Origin: an uncultured virus (IMG/VR IMGVR_UViG_3300030060_001926)
Lineage: Duplodnaviria > Heunggongvirae > Uroviricota > Caudoviricetes
Virus record (IMG/VR): IMGVR_UViG_3300030060_001926
Coordinates: 1-64,000 of that record
Length of the DNA: 64,000 bases
Reading direction: 5' to 3' (one strand)
This document shows positions 62,501 through 64,000 of this stretch, piece after piece. Position 1 is the stretch's first letter. The number at the start of each line of letters is the position of its first letter. The notes beneath the pieces are model-generated. The model saw only the letters and a list, made by a program, of their open reading frames with translations, had not been told where the DNA came from and made no database searches. The position numbers were made by a program, and so were the translations under genes.

Positions 62501-64000
62501 TACAGGTTCATCAGCCTCAAGACCCGGCTCTTCAGACGTAGGAGGAACAGCAGGAGGATCTTCTACAGCATCCGTTGTATCCTCTGTTGTATCCTCCGTT
62601 GTATCCTCTACAGGTGTTTCTGGATCTTTGGGTGCTACCCTTTGTTTCTTAGGCTTAGGCCCTATAAAGTCTTGTTCAATAGCATCTAGCTCTTTTTGAT
62701 TTTCTTTAGTATCTTCGTTTGCTTTAATCTGCCTTTCGTTTGCCTTATTAATTCTTTTTGCCAGCAATTCACTAGCGACTTTAATTTTATCTTCAGTCGA
62801 TGCACCCTCAAAGTTTTCGCCCATTTCTTTTTGGACTGCGTCCTGTAGATCTTGAGGGACAAGATCAAACTCAGTTCCTTCTTCTATAATTTTATCAATG
62901 TATGCTTCATAAGTCATTCCCTCTGCCTTAGCCTTTTTACCAATCTCAATATGATGACTTACCCAACCTAGTATACTATCAAGACTTTGTGAATCTCCGT
63001 CATTAGCGTTCATAATTGCATTAGCATTTCTTTGTACAACTTCTTGTGCAATCTTAGCCATTAATAATTCTTGATCTATTTGTTCAGCCTCAAAAGCAAA
63101 AACTGATTGACCATCTTCTCCTCTAGTTTTTAACTCCCCGACAATTTCATTTATAGATTCAATAATTTGTAATTTAGATAGTCCTGAATTTTCGTACAAG
63201 CTATGAACAATAGCTGCAAGGATACCAGAAGGTTTCGTGGGATCGTTAGGATCAGTACCCTCTGGACTGTCTACGTCAATCTCTGTTCCTTCTAGGGTTA
63301 GATCTGAGATACCTTCTTTTGTTTTACCTAGAATTTCAATCAACTCTAACCTTGCAATTTGAGTTTCGGGATCAACCCAGCCCTTTGCTGTCTTAATAAA
63401 GTTTTTTATTCCTGCAACTTGGTTTTCTTTTAGAAGAAGATTACTGGTGATCTGAGTAGTTTGTAATCCTACTTGACCAATCCCTAGATATATTCCACCT
63501 ATAGCTGGATTGATTACAGGGGAGAATACAGATTCAATTAAGGATTCTTGTAACATTCCTTTTACAGACATACCGTCACTTGTACCGGCTCTATAAACTT
63601 GACGATACTGGTTAAAGGCTTCAGCATAAAGTCCGGATACTGCACCTTCTCCTACGTCAGCAAGTCTATTGGCTGTAATCCTAGCAAGCATTCCTCTTTC
63701 AGAGAACGACTTTACAGCGGGAATCTTTTGGATTAAAGTAGGCCCGATATTTTCTGGTAAGTATCTTTGAATCCTACTTAAGTTTTTCTGAAACTTAGCT
63801 ACCCATTGTGCAAACTTAACCCCTTGGTATCCTGTCTTTAAGAACTTAGCTACCAGAGTAATCTTAGCACCAAGTACAGCACCTGATCCAAAACTAACTG
63901 CACCTGCTGCTGCGCTAACACCCAAAGATTCTGCGAGGTCTGGGTCATTTAAGATACCTTGTACAACAAAGTTATAAGCATATTCTGCAGCAATCTCTGC
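50582..64000 (-). CDS. Giant internal virion protein (T7 gp16-position, >4,470 aa, 5'-truncated) with RNAP-like core and HExxH motif
   Basis: Frame stays open from 63925 to the window edge; contains 'SDRTASGVFEH', 'LDFY', 'RSIFKVPVMRKIYGGG', 'AHELGH'; C-terminal hydrophobic helices. Confidence 0.85.
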   Translation of the reverse strand, partial: AEIAAEYAYNFVVQGILNDPDLAESLGVSAAAGAVSFGSGAVLGAKITLVAKFLKTGYQGVKFAQWVAKFQKNLSRIQRYLPENIGPTLIQKIPAVKSFSERGMLARITANRLADVGEGAVSGLYAEAFNQYRQVYRAGTSDGMSVKGMLQESLIESVFSPVINPAIGGIYLGIGQVGLQTTQITSNLLLKENQVAGIKNFIKTAKGWVDPETQIARLELIEILGKTKEGISDLTLEGTEIDVDSPEGTDPNDPTKPSGILAAIVHSLYENSGLSKLQIIESINEIVGELKTRGEDGQSVFAFEAEQIDQELLMAKIAQEVVQRNANAIMNANDGDSQSLDSILGWVSHHIEIGKKAKAEGMTYEAYIDKIIEEGTEFDLVPQDLQDAVQKEMGENFEGASTEDKIKVASELLAKRINKANERQIKANEDTKENQKELDAIEQDFIGPKPKKQRVAPKDPETPVEDTTEDTTEDTTDAVEDPPAVPPTSEEPGLEADEPVRRQGLDPLQKQARTAQRAADLKQKVSKEETDVDRELEKDPPEKRKRKLIAEKKRLSALRVRLEKMQDKITLETASLMADLDINDERTSSLLQTLIEQQDRLDKIIALLNSDLKDDKGVIFGNNRIRRIIKLQQEFASSVAEDIADSDSKDVRVENFSEKTREILKELREVLQGDTSKTGVRFLERIEELLQTGKSKVTAKKYSTKSLMQDLRKIETIGKAQEQRRQKTDEYKEAIELEEALKETDKEYRTIIANIQKEETIADIQKFQALRLQQTGAKERKKQTELFDAGQRLFDSALARKKENNETFTAEEIARYLHPYSEWKENKELLAEREPSGIEESEKVMNETYTTEEAEDIFRAESESAASKIKYLGVGKMTDIRIGGRYQYVRGDWVHNHSSDDVLGTSYDVETVLEKSNEDGKELDEPVRQRGTVYLDSPTETYGTLIDGFTARDNAAQALGFVDYYHAVNSYNLYVLGIGSSEENFNKAAKGIGEKEMKEAWDARSKLNEDERTLLKGEKQELVKKLKDKKRGTEIKFTRSLDKDVEAWIQFEANLNHLASIRDPEEGISAWEINQAMPPYLRDYVGLKPYHVFGRNNVLGRSRSALRDNDLVDVNTAAMIDLQIIQNTLRYDPESLVQIARAWKERGLAKIEGWRQDQLATVLDSLEEASRDESNPNSAVNLYTALEFVERMDEASSAINEALFNERQPNPDNPDREGGWILEVDPDTGFPVKFTRNKGEWIQEARFHIRARVSSMLSQNKIRDIRNIADKFNLTLNKRQDESGRVMYEVVMPDGEILTKNIEDVIADAIIDNLGGLYQGDNAILLEDFGNGRSGYGSAKNAGYGIVDFLSDKPQPNIQNLTAIADKDGNPVPGESTEEFVAGGEPVTVRLPMEGEINFAMPIPAMQMARIVQNYKARERMRFILGKDKFTKKQKQAYEAWRDAKWSDLRNREVSPVGDEADLPFFIIPQIVGATLQEAVMTRAKAKEMVMEMVLDVPRNAQGFIHDQITQEKVMFNEGVEEGVITVEVDGKEVEIDRRNLADTGEGLMYDLSHGDHVLVPLGRIGEVMAIEAMGPMFKGFTDAAIKRVMKLREAREAEGTGVNLDMLMSLDNWSDRTASGVFEHKLLSLAHDPTATLEVDGETLTGPEIIERIASGGFRGKPKAELDFYMLAAIKGLAGVTSFDSELGQIFKIIQDTDIRSVKDYLALQEKAKTDEEIKKQAEAIKKLRSIFKVPVMRKIYGGGMPNFIKEFSKGGEGWNAMVEAGIKPSEENIKVIREAIFSQSGHHETRVLLVELALGSNDKTKTLVHKYLMIDQDRDKPLIDAWRDLMKMDNKALGESLENTATHIDLLDAKLRQMWRLDTKQGEMSFEEWKKTKGWDERFEKAKKFLEEKKEAGEPIHPGSPNYSEFQAILSGVEDKLSAETIGYLRALNIQNSQEYRLNAERMQEAADLLGLTDFDINDYLGFEKHALYHLMLPSGNSTRDYATSNQVDTMGISLERVARKSLYQDKDTGKYYESFLDFLKSEDAEGLSRDEILVKFDAFLETDKDNADSLGMFDLRDPSLREDRDSGMTDKQLEDKVEDLMIKQEMLLWSRYDKPPADVFPDYTEEVSETSILEKVLESWRDHSERRHRSLQQEMEFEMSEWKRAKTKSRYLKLKNKAGGLVNKAVVAASDQAFRYTPYHVSENNPTSVMIHTSGRKGPMAVRPKYKESQYYDMGFFKLQRLHIQERLNNLLGPLHSIRNYQETLRDEDVMVGGQAIGGYSPWNAEELPQVLPVLPAHIAIDMGSNAGQRAAKLYYEVHSWARDRGLERQLEEEPSNFARFYVIKEAERARRDVMLRVRERDLVETSDTVAHRNAWISGLHDVARYSRDIKNPEGRRKLEIARRGDPVAVVNPPTDDMKWIDILTSVASEDNPDGTLLRRTMLDDAFKFGTDADYNTLIVDEGEEIETIDLFEVSDLTKEGWAVQGSDKAKFLAAILYTEAYGNVLRTYKEGKYSKFAMDPTTWEQEIGKGMTTEEAIQERTEIRELARQHVAGMPSFELEVGIEEVIYQDVKEGEGKKTNQYRLQISRKSREGEAAKSPYGAAVGFGMMFMTSQKITAKNAKIILGPQEAMKMFVALENATTMRDLTLSSWLNKGLGVKIDNNGQVVRAVPLQDAVASGLGYDGTAIKHAALNDSESLLRASSEEGGVTLRSVRDPLTSVEGRIVEIVDLDYYSSGEGARWNDGNLGTSVDSWRESYISPVRKLVHMLSRDTIGPGTEIETLKQELETLIVETRNGSQTAFNKLRLVALKLEDPNLDLTKNKVKLFFKPEELEADSWPIDLQSAMDLSARIKMNISDEGVRLNNKHHYAARQFLLENPDGSLNPDDAYDSFLQTRIEKGVVTPAEDGSISVQDEREMQDAIRNAIRELTDITSRDELPGSIFEQNWDSGVGRSTMELTDVIKKIEAGDGVETFDPFWQPLVRDQMKQIDELVHNGRIDKKESVAVKVLLARAFMLNPDIVHELKFKALDQILKRGAEAERAGGKFTIRLGSNFRSVAKDSFTAVEIIAHELGHIARLKFIKDFSPEYMELVGLSQSTAGRSMMKKAVIAWHGGVETEAANEEFLGYIEDPEEFIAGFVSLYLLADVQPVIRGLTTEELGIWGKFTSSIKRMMGYLSNTMLSLRGAFETDNVEFDKKMRRMALNVFGYDSSNDVYTGNQFDSTDIADKRFGWRKKMDKLEVLKVDPVKDLEIRNMIRKENELKAKDSLTPEEQTELDNIVMAKGEGYYGEPVGLGTAGEGASTIAMTRYEYIGGLDQVKGKYAAETQRQDLENEVRNPTDEVVIDLERVLVEGDSFEKAVTFVYLAEGLFNTYGEPVNRGLGSLANNMSPGLRDGLVGALLGDTGHQGTWNSHNLIALLLTSLIDDNVVTNSGGFTNTRGTPSVRRELELLSSFTQSMRENKKEIVKILNGPLYSTVRGEEKMKKSTQEVFKVLNVQIIESVDEGAVAGSYEYDLSEDALGVVLSEEEKQLIKEQLNQMASTFRQMAEKNIDTGQSIGEFGTGFTNVVPYRLSTSVNSDLITAKGTFVDIAKAEIKKKLISEFNANGRVEGTMMLAAGFLPHLGDNAKGFSDLKNLKENHRVLYDFILEYSITDKTGDVRAKVMILDSKLQGGDIMALNKVRLGSTKLMNQLTKGNVTVNQMFAKGTRTQTTRFKEAYKGFIETVENVNTRRLEGLTKENLGITPNIRVEGRVKARSLSSAFGVQTNPLDHIFFNFLERSAVGAYYPNDNFALPSVKAMLNSHDDMKEFFVTDLTALAENARHGLYNEVSEKKTMREFGVHGDVKQVLNLLSAVNNSNYAILDSKGENNPRTKSQISDTVTILNEKHNAMRKVRPNTELSPSNAIDSAIPEVANAVTRIAFGGNLFLATSIVENGYSALDELIGRRNLTGFIRTAFAPIMGITNREERKRVLKDFSYLIDSMTQGYLPEFEKPFGSQEDGITMKLFKGMGNEQMRLAKWQLKNITAARAINARSWIQSGLDLDSKGRSKLLELATKLEEKNIDKLPIEEQERALKGAMKESGYSNFEGDLQLVSYLMRAGLLQVDKVIDMQTMMPEEGRYSPFEMSHELFTTRSSRLDRQDYNRKLDVITGLKEVERKYVEEAILTPNVFDVRTGELDTPSALFEIYRRYPVLFASQQMIRRTSRSSVGRTAFGLTSLLLMDMLYMTALQLAAGIELDDILEEYEEDGFAKFSKLLVRTPLLGRWLSLLGPVLAMGIDGIAQGKFPGQYDFSRALSKNTGFIPFAALGTTLGAVSTGAQAGAAMFGLTTMPNNQDMLNATRIIPYADSAIRLGVYTLGGDGISRDSNRRTGGGGTTGSSQTPNLHYGMRSSHAAITWNNDTKEMYKQVLDGNIPDVIKEFNTRQALVQSLENIGTPPAPVNQPSSAALQQPAPPEITTPTSKPEDVVSSIIDRDTQEAPKGLFGQ
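62571..62610 (-). repeat. 12-bp tandem repeat encoding (EDTT)3 in a linker of the giant protein
   Basis: tccgttgtatcc-tctgttgtatcc-tccgttgtatcc on the + strand. Confidence 0.8.

Noticed and set aside
63925..64000. TTG at 63925 as the start of the giant protein
   Set aside because: The frame stays open to the window edge, so the real start lies outside the window.
1..64000. CRISPR array, integrase/att site, introns/inteins, reverse transcriptase/DGR, recoded stop codons
   Set aside because: No regularly spaced repeats or corresponding motifs were seen. Core enzymes are normal length and long ORFs read through in the standard code.

Overview
Most of the genome of a lytic T7-like (Autographiviridae-related) podovirus, circularly permuted. 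Essentially all real genes are on the - strand. In transcription order: a GC-rich (~55-65% in spot counts) earliest region from ~49,960 with a short divergent T7-type RNA polymerase (47083-48936); a ~0.9 kb hairpin-dense non-coding tract with tRNA-like RNAs; early genes (DUF932, permuted papain-like protein, ThyX); a canonical T7-type RNAP (39570-42021, split only by an N gap); a replication/nucleotide module (phosphoesterase, SSB, RusA, deaminase-like, three tRNAs, primase-helicase, PolA, dNMP kinase, exonuclease, dUTPase, class II RNR); and the structural module (portal, small basic proteins, scaffold, capsid, tail tube A/B, two fibres, lysis-type membrane proteins, terminase, internal virion proteins). 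The last internal proteins run off both window edges. Main finding: a >4,470-aa internal virion protein carries polymerase motifs A, B and a candidate C with N4-vRNAP-like spacing, so this phage may encode THREE single-subunit RNA polymerases. A Phycisphaerae-type PEP-CTERM-like tail and an Flp pilin-like gene suggest a Planctomycetota host and host-surface manipulation (inference). All assignments come from motif recognition by eye; no searches were run.
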